A DNA stretch of 64,000 nucleotides. Source: Octopus vulgaris. Its lineage: Eukaryota. Position numbers and translations under genes: made by a program. Of this stretch, positions 26,660 through 40,168 are shown in pieces (the first letter of the stretch is position 1; every line of letters begins with the position of its first letter). The notes under the pieces were generated by a model. That model was not told where the DNA came from, searched no databases, and saw only the letters and a list, made by a program, of their open reading frames with translations. The DNA is taken from the NCBI GenBank assembly GCA_951406725.2, contig OX597817.1, forward strand, positions 108,686,001-108,750,000, read 5' to 3'.

Positions 26660-27418
26660 TACAACTCTTTTTGTACGTTATTTCATAATCCAGGTCCATG
26701 GACACTTGTTTGTAGAAATAAGATTTAGGTTCGATTATCTCTCATCACATCAGAGAACAAATCCAAGTGCAAGAAAGACAAAAAACTGGAGTCTTTGTTT
26801 GGAAATGCATGCAGCTGTACTTTCCTATATTCTTTACAAGAACTTTTGGTAAACTCGAAATCACTATTCCATGCTACAGAGACAATTCTTGAAAGTATGA
26901 AAATGCTTGTTAGTTATACAATTTTCTGTGCATGGAAATTGAACTAATCTCCCTGTAGTAAATTCGAGCCAATGAAGTAGCCTCTATGACTTGCTAAAAA
27001 TAGTATCCAAAAACTATTCCTCACATCATTCGAGCTAAACAAAGAGAACTACATAACGTATAATGCACTTTTCCTGCAAGAAATCACCTTACGTTTTCGG
27101 TTGTAAAATATCCAAAGAATTAGAATTGATCTGATAGGATAAACAACACTAACAACAGCACTTATAGTAAAATAGTAAGGGCCAGTGAAAATTAGATGCC
27201 TTGAATCCTGAACCAGCTTAATTCCAAGGAATAAATATATATCATTTCTCCATCCTGACTGTCACTGACTCAGGCAGTTCCGTTGAATTCGAATGAAATA
27301 CTTTATCTTGGAATTAGGAATTATTTAAATAATCTTGTGTATAATCTTCTTTACCATATTTCAGTTACAGAATATGTTTGATATATAATTACTCATCATT
27401 AAATTTAAAATATTTATA

Positions 27419-27766
27419 CAGTGATACCTCGCAATGCAAGTTTAATTTGTTCCATGACCGAGCTCGTCTTACAATTTACTCGTTTTACAAATCAATTTTT
27501 TTCACATTGAAAATAACTAAAATATAATTAATCCGTTACAGACTGCCAAAATCACCCAAAAATAATATTTTTATGGGTTTTAAAACAGAAAAGGTGTTGT
27601 AAAATATGTAAACTAGTTTTATTAACTGAATTACCTTAAAGATGGGACGAGATGTGTGCTCGTACTGCGGATTTCTGCTCGTACTTCAAGGCAAAACTTC
27701 GCACGAGGCCGGTTCGTACAGCAAATTACTCATACAACCGTGCACTCGTACTGCGAGGTTCTGCAG
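27419..27766. mobile_element. Tigger-derived MITE
   Basis: TA-CAGTGATACCTCGCA start and CTCGTACTGCGAGGTTCTGCAG-TA end; repeated CTCGTAC subterminal motifs. Confidence 0.7.
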
Positions 27767-28834
27767 TATTTATGAACATTGTATTATGTAATATTTTTTT
27801 TATGAAAAAGTTTCCGTTAATTGCCTTGTAGTGTAAAGCAGAAAAATAATATAAAAATCGTAAGAATGTATTTGAAATTGCTATCTAAGCAGGAAAGAAA
27901 CGTGCTTCAATTGACTGTTAAATTTCAATGACACGGCACCTTATAAGAAGTAAATATTCTAAAATAAAGATAACTCAGGTATAAGGAAATTTCCCTTGAA
28001 AAATAAAAATGTTAAGACATGTATCTTTGTTAACAATAAAAAAGAAAGCGCTTTTTAAAAAGTTACTGGACGGATTCAGTATTATATACATACATACACA
28101 CGTACGTACATACATACATACATATTTTACATATATGCATGCATACATAGATACATACATGTGTGTGTATGTATATATATATATATGTGTGTGTGTGTGT
28201 ATGTATATATATATATATGTATGTTTGTATATATATATATATATCAACCCCACCATTTACTGACTTATATATGTATATATATTTAATCTCAACAAGAACA
28301 AAGAGAAAACATGACAACTCGAGGACGTGGAACAAGTATAGTGTTAATGGACGCTCAACACATACATATGTGTCTCTCTGTTTCTATATTTGTCTGTCTG
28401 TTTGTCTCTCTATATATATATGTGTGTATGTATATGTATGTGTGTGTGTGCATCTATCTATCTATATACAAATAAAGTGAATACATTAATTTCCTGCATT
28501 TGTTAACATCTCATACATCAGTGAAGATAAACTATGTAAAATAAATGTCAAGTGTTTTCTATTCCTTGTCAAATGCCACGTGAAGGAAAAGACGTCAGCT
28601 CCAGCTTTTCAAAGATTTTTTTTCCCCTCCTAAGTATTTTACTAATCAAATTGCACCATTTAACTGAAATAAAAAAAAAAAGGTAATTTTTTTCATTTGT
28701 ATTGATTTGTATTCGTGGATCTATTATTATGATTCTTAATTCTTTGAATGAATTTAAAATGACTATTTAAATGAGCACTCATTGATATATTGTGTATTAT
28801 ACTTGTTAATATTTATTTTCCGTCTTTGGCATTA

Positions 28835-29350
28835 AGCTAGCAGACTCATTAGCACACCAGGTGAAATGCATTTCATCCATCTTCACGTTCTAAGTTCAAG
28901 CTCCGCCGAGTCCGGCTTTGTTTTCATCCTTTCGGGGTCGATAAAATGAGAACCAACTGAGAACTGGGGTCGATTTAATCGACTTATACACTCCCGTGAA
29001 TTTGATGACCTGGTACCAAAATTTATCTTGCGCATGTACTAGTTACGCACTGGGGTCGATGTAACCGACTTATTCTTCCTCACTAAATTCTAGACCTTGT
29101 GCCTGTAGTAGAAAGGATTATTAGAAGGCGCATCAGGGGGCAAGCTGGAAGAATCGTTAGCATGCCGGGAAAAATTCTTAGCGGCATTTCGTCTGCCTTT
29201 ACGTTCTGTGTTCAAATTCCACTGAGATGGACTTTACCTCTCATCCTTTTAGGGTCGGTAAAATAAGTACCAGTTAAGCACTGGGATCAATATAATCGAC
29301 TTACTCCTCCCTAGAAATTGTTGGCCTTGAGCCAGAATTTGAAATCAATA
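28835..29350 (+). mobile_element. Tandem SINE family A copies (28835-29025, duplicated tail to about 29120, 29136-29350)
   Basis: Repeated TTCATCCTTT.GGGGTCG.TAAAAT.AG and CTGGG.TC.AT.TAA.CGACTTA motifs. Confidence 0.88.
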
Positions 29351-30373
29351 TTTATTTTGGATCCGTAAAGAGTACGATAGTATTCTTGATGACGAGAGCT
29401 TCTTTCGATATCTTCGGTGTAATTATTTCACTTTTCTAGCGTTTTGAGAAAAGCAAAGAACAATGGCTTTTACACGTTTCTTAACGTTTAACGATACGGG
29501 ATTTCTATTGTCGAATATATCTGATTTCAACAACGAATTATATTTACCTCACATGTATGTAATAAATAAATACAAATAAATTCATTCTTCTTTTTCACAA
29601 TATGATGTATTAATTCCAGGAATGACCAAGCTCTTGCCTAAGAGAAGTTTTAAAACATCACAAGATCAGTTGAGAGAGATCGTGTTGAATGAGTTATAAT
29701 ACGTTTTATCTACCACATCAGAATTAACTAAATAGCTGCTAGAAAATAGTTGTTAGAATTGTTGTTGGTCGTTGTTGTTTATTCCCCACCCCTCCTGGTA
29801 GAGCAGATACTTGATTAATCAACATTCAGACAACATCATCTCGCCTTTTATCAAACACTCAGTTATTATCCAGTATAACATTCCTTTGTGGTGCTGATTG
29901 AGGAAGTTTTCATTGCAGTTTCATTGCAGTTAGAATGGTGAGGTAATGTCTTCATTGTCAGTTCATTTACAAAATAGCACTTATTATTCTAACTCTACTT
30001 ATAAATGACTATCAGGTGCTGTAATACTGAAAATACATTATCAGATATTAAGTAATTATACGAAATTATACTGAAGTGAATTATTTGAATTTACAGGATA
30101 AGAAAGAAAAAAAATGTATTGATTAACGTAGGTCTACATATGATGTTCATGAGTATAAGTAAGACAATGGTAACGACTGCAAATCATAAGTCTGAAAATC
30201 AAGTGAGATATGTGAAATAAAAAAGAAATGCCTCATTCATATTTCGTGATCTGAAACAAATTAATTACAAGGGAAGGCTGTATCATTAAAGTGTTTTACT
30301 AGGATTTGAATCTTGGTTTCATTTTCAGTGTATGATTCGATAAGTATCTTGGATTCACCAGTACCTTATGGGG

Positions 30374-30587
<214 letters not shown>

Positions 30588-30867
30588 TCGCTACTTTTCG
30601 CGGTGGTCTCATATACTAAGAACGCAGGACTATGAATAGAGCATAACAGGACAACTAGAAAGGATGCGAGTTGGACAAATTAATAAAGAAATTCATTAAG
30701 AAATACACCGAATTAAATCTGAAGGTAACTATTAACAATAACCTTAAAAATGATTAACCTGGTTATCAGTATGAACCTAAAACAGCGGAATGCAATACCC
30801 GGCCACACAAACAAATGCTTCACTCACCTTTAGTTATTATACATATTAATAATAATATTAATGGTTT

Positions 30868-31066
30868 TAGATTTTGGGACAAGGCTAGCAATTTCGGGGA
30901 AGGGGTTAGCTGATTATATCAACCCCAGTGTTAAACTGGTACTTATTTTATAGATCCTGAAAAGATGAAAGCAAAGTCAACCTCGGCGGAATTTGAACTC
31001 AGAAAGTAAAGCTGGACGATATGCCACTAAGCATTTTGCAAGGCTATCGATTCTACCAGCTCGCTG
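30868..31066 (-). mobile_element. SINE family A
   Basis: Reverse complement of the family A head, core and tail. Confidence 0.88.
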
Positions 31067-31100
31067 GTTTTACATTAATAGTATTATTAGAAGACGCATT

Positions 31101-31312
31101 AGGTGGTGAGCTGGGGGAATCATTAGCACGCCGGGCAAAATGCTTAGCGGTATTTCGTCCGTCTTTACGATCTGACTTCAAATTCTTCTGAGGTCGACTT
31201 TGCTTCTCATCTTTTCGGGGCTGATAAACTAAGTACTAGTTGAGCACTGGTATCGATATAATCGACTTCCTCTTCCCCAGAAATTGCTGGTCTTGTGCCA
31301 AAATTTAAAACT
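31101..31312 (+). mobile_element. SINE family A with probable target-site duplication
   Basis: Flanks TATTAGAAGACGCAT / TATTAGATGACGCAT. Confidence 0.88.
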
Positions 31313-31824
31313 GCTATTAGATGACGCATATATAACCCGAGAAAAATAAAGCATTATCATTGACACGTCACACCCACCCATTATAATAATAGTTCGAAAT
31401 TTGCGAATTCAAGCAAAAACATTGTTATGTGGAACTAACACCTACAGGATATGGAAAACTTGGCTGTTAGAAGAAGCTGTGGTTAATACAGTACTAACTA
31501 TGAAAGTAGCTACAAATTAGCCTGCCACTGTCTAATTTTGATAGACAACCATGTTCAATCCATTCATTAATGCTATATGTTTAATGAGAAATTTGGAAAG
31601 CCAGGTATATTTGCCCAAATATAAAGTCAGAAAATTTCAACAACAATAAGTGATGGAGAATAAAACCTCCAACGACTTTGCAAAAGCAAACATATTGCAA
31701 ACTGTCCTTTGAATAATAGGATTCTCAAAAAAGGAGCTTCTTTACTGAGCCGATGTTTCCAACGCTGACAGAACTCCGAAAACGCATAGAGGACGAACAC
31801 CTTTAAAGTCCAGCATACATTACA

Positions 31825-33133
31825 CTAGTAGTATAGCCCGGCATTGCCCGGAATTAAGTTAGGATTATCAATCTAATCAAGCGCTTTGCTTCAAACCAAA
31901 GGAAGTAATACTGACATGAAATTTGAGCGAAATCCGTGGAAATTGGTAAACGTTTGGCTAAAAATGAGTTGCAGACAATTTGATTGGGAAATTCCATAAA
32001 GAACCGGTTTTTCGATTTTTCCACTCATCGATTTGTTTTTTATTTTTGTTTGGAGAACTTACAACATTCAAAGATCCCATGAGTCCTAAGTAACGCCGTC
32101 ATCAAGTTTGAACAAAATGCGTCAAAATTGGTAAAAGGTATGGTTGAAAATGGGGTGTAGTCAATTTTAGTGGGAAATCCTATAAGGAATCATTTTATCG
32201 ATTTGTAATCCTTATTGAATGGAAAACCCCGTAAGGAATCAGTTCATTGAAAATAGAACGCCCAAAAGGGCACCCGATCCTCTGTGGCAGAAGAGGTTAT
32301 GTTCGGATCACAACTACGCCTTAACCAAAGCCTAAGCTAACCTAGCGAAAGGGGGCTTGGGAGCTTCTAGAAGGCCGCGACTAATCCCGATCTAGTCCTA
32401 ACCCCTCCTAGGGTTACTATCGGTCACAGCTGTGTCGAAGATATGCATTGGAGAAGGTTGCCTCAGAGATCTGCACTGGAGAAGGTTGCATCGAAGGTTT
32501 GCACGCTATCATATATATATAAAGAACAATGTAATTCACACTCTGGAAAATTTATTTCTGTAAAATGTTGAGAATGGGTAAAATTTCCGAGGCTTCCACC
32601 TCACCTCCACTCCGTTTTTCTGGCTCCAAAAAAGGATTTTGTAGCATATTAGGAGGTCACAGGAATTCATTAAAGACTAAAAATTCCCAATGATTACATG
32701 ATGGGAGGGGCCTCACCCATCTTCTTTTTTCCGAACGAAAATAAGAGATTTGCAGCATGTTAGGAGGTCAGGTTATTTGATTCCACGCAAAAAAATCCGA
32801 GTTCTTTTTTTCTTAGTGATAATCGTGCGAGTGTTAATCTAAAAATTTACCCTTTGTTTTTCTTTTTTGCCATTGCTAGACAGGGGACTTAACTCATGTT
32901 GGCAAATTTACGGATTTCACCAATGTGGAAATTGGTAAAAGTTATGATTGGAATCGATTTTTACCGCTATCCGCGGGTGCCCCGGGAAAAATAAGTTGAC
33001 AAAAGCACAGCGATAGTTGTGACCAGTGTCCTTCTAAAATTGGAGCGACATGCGTGCTAATTTGTGGACGTGCATAAATTGCATTCACGTACACATGCTC
33101 ACGCACACACATCCTGTCTTTTATAGATATAGA
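31825..33133 (-). mobile_element. Non-autonomous Helitron
   Basis: Minus strand begins TC (33133), ends CTAG (31825) after hairpin CCGGGCAATGCCGGG; inserted between A and T without TSD; internal repeated AAATTGGTAAA units. Confidence 0.88.
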
Positions 33134-35272
33134 TACCATCTCCTTTAAGAACAAAATAAAGAGCAACTCTAACATACTTTCATTGAATTACGTATCAGGC
33201 TAATAATTTTAGTTTCAACTTTGAATCTTTAAGTAATATAGCTCTGATTATAATAGTTTTACTAATTTTATTAACCACTAGACACCATTCAATTTTGCCA
33301 ACCAGAAAAAAAGAATCGATGTATTCTGGTTGCATAGAAATACGGAATCTGTTAATCGATGAATTCTTTGAAAGAGATTTGAGCTGGTGTTTGGTTGTTT
33401 GGTTGTTCTTCAACAAAAATTATCAAGATGCTTGAAAATAATGAGTGTCACTCGGAAAATTTGTTCAGGTGGTAGAGTTTGTTGCCTACATAGTTCAATT
33501 TTTGCAGAATTATTTGTGAGACATATTGCCAAGTGTTGATATGAAGAACTGAATATTTTCAATAAACCAATGCAAGATATAATATTGTAGTTCTTGATGT
33601 ATTCTATTGACTTTCTGAAAACATTTCTCTACAATGGTAATTTATACTGGTTTCAAGAAATAATTGTGGAGAATTCCACTTGCCGATCACCAGGTATTGA
33701 CCACAACCTTCTTTTGATGCGGCTTACAGTTGGGAAGGTGTTTAAATGATTTAGCTCCACGTAGCTGTTGCATGGAAAGCTATTCATTATCAAATAGAAG
33801 GAATGGTATGACCTTGTTGCGAAAAAAGTGAGGAATAGACTTCCTAACGGGAGCACTTCTAGTATTTTTATTCAGCTCGTGTGACATCCTTACGTTGAGA
33901 TTTTTACTTTTTATTTGCGATGCAAATTTCGAAAAAGTGCAGTGATGTTCTTGCGAATGAGTAACAAGCGATAAATATTGTGTCGTTTGTTAAAGTTAAC
34001 TGTCGAAGCGAGTCGAGAGTTGGGTATTCCACATTTTTGATGTAGATTAATGTCGCAGATCTAAATATCATAATTTGTTGCTTACATATTCATCAAGCAT
34101 TGTGTTATATCATAGCGCAAGTGAGATCGAGCGCAATCAGTTACGCTAAACGTATATATATATATTCAGAGAGAGAGAGAGAGAGAGAAAGGAAGAGAGA
34201 GAGGGAGAGAGATAGATGTGTGTGTATAGGTTGGGATTTAGACGAAGCGCTAATAGGAAGTTCCGACGATTATACTTTCCAAAATTACAAAATACGAGAA
34301 GTTTGCTTCAATGGAAATCCAAACAGTATAATAAATTCAGGTTCTCCAGGGTCTTACCACTAACTCTATCATGACTATAACTGATAATAGTTATGGGTTT
34401 TGCATTTCGATGAAAGAAATTATCAAGCTGTTTCGTTCATGTCCTCACTTAGGGTAACTCCTATGTGAGTGAACTGGATTTCTGACAACAAAGATTCGGA
34501 ACCGAATCACCTTCATTATTTACGAACTTTCTATGAATTCTGTGACGTCACCATACTAACATAATACCTTTTTTTTCAATTTCTGGTTTCTGTTTCATGG
34601 TTTGGACTAAACTCATGCTGCTGACACTGCTTTTAAAGGATTTAAACGATTACAACAGACACAGTTCTTTGAGTGCTAAATATTTCATTGATTTTGGAAT
34701 AATGGAAGACAAAGGTTACTGAATTTGAACTGCGAACATAAGAGGCAAAGCGAAATGGCCTTGACAAATGATAATTGCAAATATCAAGATAATGAAATAT
34801 TTCAAATTATACATTAAACCATCTCTGAAATCTTCTACGGAATCTTAATAAAACGCACTATGTTCATTAAAAATCATTCCAGACACAGAGCAAATGTCAC
34901 ACTGGCCTTTCTGTATTACACTATACAAGTATTCACACCACACTCTAATTTGGCATAAGTAACACACATGATTGTAGCAGGTGAATTATAAATTCAGTTT
35001 TAGACATACATTGCTGAGTATGATAGGAAACATAAAAGATATAAGTAGCAATAAGGAGGAAAGTGGTGGATGAAAGAATGAAAGAAGTAGAAATCAAGAC
35101 TACTCTGGATACGCACTCACATGCACATACAGAGATACACTTATACACTCATATACACATATACAGTTTGAATATTTCGTATGTGAAGAACGAGAGTCTG
35201 ATTAAGCAAAACCGAGGTTTGGAAGATACGTAATCTAATTTACAGTGTGTGTGCTCATATATATATATGTTT

Positions 35273-35559
35273 GTTCCTTCTCGGGCCACGCCTGGCTCAT
35301 AGGGCTGGTTTCCCCCTTTCTTTGGCGTATAAGTTCCTGGACGGGACGCCGGTCCGTCGCAGGTGAGCTGCAAGATCCAGGAGGAAAGAGTGAGAGAATG
35401 TTGTGGCGAAAGAGTCAGCAGAAGTTCGCCATTACCTTCTGCCGGAGCAGCGTGGAGCTTAGGTGTTTCGCTCATAGACGCACACATCACCCGGTCTCAG
35501 AGTCGAACCCGCGATCTTTCGACCATGAGCCGCTGCTCTAACCACTAGGCCAGTTCCTC
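35273..35559 (-). mobile_element. tRNA-derived SINE family C
   Basis: Minus strand TGGCCTAGTGGTTAGAGCAGCGG..GGGTTCGACTC (A/B boxes) and CCTGCGACGGACCGGCGTCCCGTCCAGG; related head at 57426-57580. Confidence 0.88.
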
Positions 35560-35811
35560 CACACGCACACACACAAACACAAACACGCACACACACACGC
35601 ACATACACACGCACACACAGACGCATACACACACAAACACACACACATATATATATATATACACGTGCACACACATACACACACGCACACACATACACAC
35701 TGACACACACACAATATCCAAGGAGCGAGGTGTAGGAAGAAAGTTAGCTTCAAGTAAACCTTAGTAAATATGAAATGTACTCCCTGCGACAGTGTAAACT
35801 TTCATTTAATC

Positions 35812-35914
35812 AAGATAACCTTAGCCTGAAGAGTAGCCTGCGGCATACACCTCGCTGGGATATTTACCAGTTCCAAGGTTCCGCTCGCTATGAAACATAT
35901 GTAGCCCGGATCTT
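35812..35914 (+). ncRNA. Hammerhead-like motif with intact core and long stem II
   Basis: GC-CTGAAGA (35826-32), stem II GTAGC..GCGG / CCGC..GCTAT with inner ACCT/AGGT and CTGG/CCAG, GAAA (35892-95), palindromic stem III ACATATGT, GTA triplet, then GC. Confidence 0.7.
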
Positions 35915-36006
35915 ATTTTCTCCATTTCTTAACTCTTATATATATATATATATATACATACATACATACATACATACATACATACATACATACATACATA
36001 CATACA

Positions 36007-36038
<32 letters not shown>

Positions 36039-36355
36039 CGTGCATACAACATGCATGTATAGGTGTGTATAAGTTTGTACATATATGCATGTGTGTGATT
36101 TTAAGTAAAACAGGTTTAGTTTTTCAATAAGCGAAAAGGGAAATATTTAGCAGGGAATATGTTTAGATGATAAGAAAGAATACCCAAGAGGACATATCGT
36201 TGTTGTTGTTTTTTAAAACAATCAATCAAAGAAAACGTTAAGAAACTATAATTTCTGTTTCATACTTTAAAACTAAATACAGTCAATGTAGAACAATTTA
36301 TTTTACTTTGTCTCCATAATACAATCCACAAAATGAAGCAAGTATGGTGCAAATA

Positions 36356-36681
36356 TCATATATAGAGTTTTATGAAATATATCTGTACAATGGGTCTTTT
36401 AGAATTGTAACAAGGAATCAATGAATTATAGTGATTGCTGACTTTATTTGCAAGTCTACAAGTATTCTTTAGCCGACAAATTGTCAATTGTGTGCAACGT
36501 TCTACACAGGGGTCAGTTTTCACAAGAGTTCCTCGAGAGATGCTATGACATTTACGGCAAACTGGAAAGTCTGAATTTTTACAATCGCTTCGCGTTGTGA
36601 GGTTCATTGACGATTCATTATCAAATTTCAATAATGTCTGACCTTCCACTGGACAGTGTATAAAAGCATATAGGCACATAC
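36356..36681 (-). CDS. Candidate exon of a small secreted cysteine-rich protein
   Basis: Non-repetitive open frame GMCLYAFIHCPVEG|QTLLKFDNESSMNLTTRSDCKNSDFPVCRKC..PCVERC..IC..TC..PC; 8 Cys after the putative cleavage site, sequons NES and NLT, acceptor ttgctattag at 36682, AATAAA about 55 nt after the stop. No family recognised. Confidence 0.5.
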
Positions 36682-36808
36682 CTAATAGCAAACATGGTGA
36701 CAAACAAATGCATAGTAGTTAAAATAGTCACACGTAATGATAAATATCTGCATAAACATTTAAACAATTACAAACACAGACACAAATACACGCGCACATA
36801 ACATAATG

Positions 36809-36874
<66 letters not shown>

Positions 36875-38342
36875 CACACACATATGTATGTTTGTATATA
36901 TACGCACCACAATTATAGAATCATTTACATTCATATTTACTGTAACGCTTACATACATTATACATACATGCATACATAAGCAAGCACATACACACAGACA
37001 CACACATATATGTATATAAAGACCCACAGATATACACATACAAAAACACATATATACATGCACTCATACATACACTCACACTAACTCTTACACACTCACA
37101 GGTAAACAAATATATCATCAGACACACGAACAGCAGCAGCATCAACAACAGCGATAATAAACATGTCATAGAGAAATCATTCACTATATCATAACACGGA
37201 GATTCAAATGTTGAGTGATTTGGAAGATTTGTATTTTACAATGATAAATATCAAAGGTGTTTTGTTTCCAATTAGAGGTAATGCTTTTTGGAATTGTCCG
37301 CCTTATGAGCCTTCTGTGACCAATAAAATGACGCTAATAATCATTTATTTCAAGCTGTTAGCGAAGGAATTTTAAAGCTGGATCTTTCATTCAATATGAT
37401 GGTATTGATAGATCAATATGGTAATAGACTGGTGCATGTTTACATTACTAAATCGATGAAGCAGATGAATTAAATAAACCACCTCTGCCACACCTACCAT
37501 CTCGCTTACATCCTATCACTCTTTGTTTCTCTCAGATTTTTCACTTCTTTCTTTCTTTCTTTCTTTCTTTCTCATTTATCGCTCTATATAGTGTTCTGAA
37601 TACTCTTTCTCCGTAGTTATATTCAAAAGAATGCACATGTGTAAGTGTGTGTGCGTGTGTTCGAAGAAACAACTAAACTCGGACATGCATGCATAAATAC
37701 ATACACTACATACATATATACATACATAGATGCATAGATGCGTGGATGCATAGAAGTTTGCATATGCATGCAAACTAGAGATTCATATACACGATACTCG
37801 CATTCACATACATTACATGCGTGTGCTGATATATCCATACTTACAAACATAAAATGATATATTTATACATTATACATTATGTATATATGTATATATGTAT
37901 GTATGCATGCATGCACACGTACATATATGTTTGTGTATGTGTGTATGTAATTATTTATGCACACGTGCATGCATGTTTCTGTATGTATGTATGTATTCAT
38001 GTATGTATGTATGTATGTATGTATGTATGTATGTATGTATGTATGTATGTATCTATCTATCTATCTATGTATTATGCATGTATGTATGCCAAGTCACTAA
38101 TGAGTGTTTCTCCAGGGTGTTACTGTTAACATGGAATTCAGTACAACCTATTGCATGGTCGGATCGTCGGAGACTAAACCGGTACCCCAACCAAGCTAGC
38201 CTGGTGAGAAAGGATGCTAGAAAGTCAGCAGGACGGTAGGCAAGATCTGACGAAAGTACGGATGAACCTAATATAGGTTCAACGGCTATTTAGTAAAGTT
38301 TAAAACAATTTTCTTATCCATATAATGGATGCACGTTTATAC

Positions 38343-38918
38343 CTGTAGTTAGCAATGTCAATAAATGTCTGAGTGATCATCTCAAAACCCTGTGATATTC
38401 AAACAAAAAAAGTGAACCAACACACACTTCAAATACAACCTGTAAACGGAACAGTAAAAGTATGCAAGAATTATCTAAAGTTCAACACATAAATTGTACC
38501 CGAGTTTGTTTTTCAAATTACAATAATGCGAGATTTGTTCCTTTCTTTGTTAGAAACAAATTTTTTTATACACACACACACATGAATAGGTAATGCATAC
38601 GTGCATACATGCTTACGTAGATCTCTACATATTTTATGCTTAAAATCTTATGAAAAACGTTGTTTCAGTATCTGTGACTGACCCTTTCTCTGTTTGAAAC
38701 CTAAAACTAGAACAACAAATATCTAAACACATAGAGATATGTGTATAGGTACATGCATACGCCTTTATGACTCTGATGTTTCTGATGATGTCCTTGAAGT
38801 TTGCTGTGAAACAATGAGCAAGTAAATCGGTTAAAGATGAGCAAGTAAATCGGTTAAAACAGAGAAAGGCTGAATGCTTCAAGGCAATCTCTAGAGGAAC
38901 AAAGTAGGACACCACAAC
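38343..38918 (-). other. Three candidate 5' exons (38918-38761, 38700-38617, 38389-38343)
   Basis: Acceptors tttttttttgtatttaag, ttgttgttctagttttag and tttgtttgaatatcacag; donors gtatgc, gtaagc and gtataa. Confidence 0.4.
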
Positions 38919-39995
38919 CTTAAATACAAAAAAAAACCCCAAAAAACAAAAAAAACTATTACAACATTCTGGCTTCTAGAATAAATGTCAAGTGGAATTT
39001 TAGAAATATCCTTAAAGAAATTGAGAACTTCTTTTGACATTGTTTAGCATTTCGGCTTTTCTCATGAAACAGTACTATGTTCAAACTGATTGACCCGTTG
39101 AAGACCAGTAACCAACAGTACCGTTGTTCACAAATTGTAATCTAGATAAATAAATAATTAAATAAAGGCGTTCTAGTCGTGGCCATTGCTATCTTGTTAT
39201 GTGTAATTAGGATTTCATTACATGATTCTCAACGTTGTTAAGATCGAAAGCAGTGGTTTAAATAACAATCATGGTATTTGATTCGCTAAAATTGACGTCT
39301 ACATGTGGTTCGGCATTTTAGAAATATAATTTAAGGTTTTAGAAATTCATACTAATGTCTGAGCCTCTTGAAAAATATACTATTCATAACTTGCTTCTAC
39401 ACAAGTAGAAGAGTTCTTTATATTTATCCAAGTGCTTAACTTTATCGTATTTTAAAACTTACTATTCAACAGCAATTTTTTTTATATGAACACCAATGCT
39501 CCACAAAGTGGAGCATTAGAAAAATGCTGTATAGCTGGCCATAATCGTTGATATCTTATTTTTGTTGTTGTTTAGTGCCAAATGAATCCAATTGTGCTAA
39601 CTTAAGATTAAAAGAGTTTCAGATTAAATTACGCGTCTTCTTGCTATATTTAGAGATACATTCCTATTGAAAAATGAAACTTTAAACAACTTGTAGGCGA
39701 TAAAGTGTTATTTGAGGAATCTCTATGCACAGCTTTCGAACAATGTATTGTCCCTCTGTTAGGCACTCGATTATTGACAACGTTTCTATATAGCTGTTGT
39801 GATACTTTATTACAAATCATTATGGACTAAATCTATTTGCATATATTTGATTTTGCACTGCATAACATTTTTCGGCTTGGAGATTGATGTTCTTTACAGC
39901 AAAATAACTCGAAGTCGAGATACTGCACATAAAAGAACATTTTTAGTCGTATGCAACAAACAGGCTGACGGAACAAGAAGCAAAGAAAATCAACC

Positions 39996-40079
39996 TACTA
40001 CTACTACTACTACTACTACTAGTGCTGCTGCTGCTGATGATGATGATGATGTTGATGATGATGATGATAATGATGATGT

Positions 40080-40138
<59 letters not shown>

Positions 40139-40168
40139 TTGATGATGATGTTGATGATGATGATGATT
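39996..40168. repeat. (CTA)n-(GCT)n-(GAT)n compound microsatellite
   Basis: Direct reading. Confidence 0.95.

Larger units (their letters stand above)
30640..33185 (+). mobile_element. Old Penelope-like element (RT thumb to GIY-YIG) interrupted by two SINEs and a Helitron
   Basis: ELDKLIKKFIKKYTELNLKVTINNNLK, SHPPII, CPLNNR; removing the Helitron restores HTLHTISFKNKIKSNSNILS (H..SF.N..K.NST.LS motif). Confidence 0.7.

Noticed and set aside
34420-34492. Minus-strand long hairpin followed by GAAACAGCT
   Set aside because: Hammerhead-like geometry, but the CUGANGA strand is absent.
34840-34912. KGQCDICSVSG as the next exon of the Cys-rich gene
   Set aside because: The acceptor lacks a pyrimidine tract; too short to support.
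38761-38918. ORF 38640-38942 as protein coding
   Set aside because: Contains a 23-nt tandem duplication that does not preserve frame and spans a likely 60-nt intron; more consistent with UTR.
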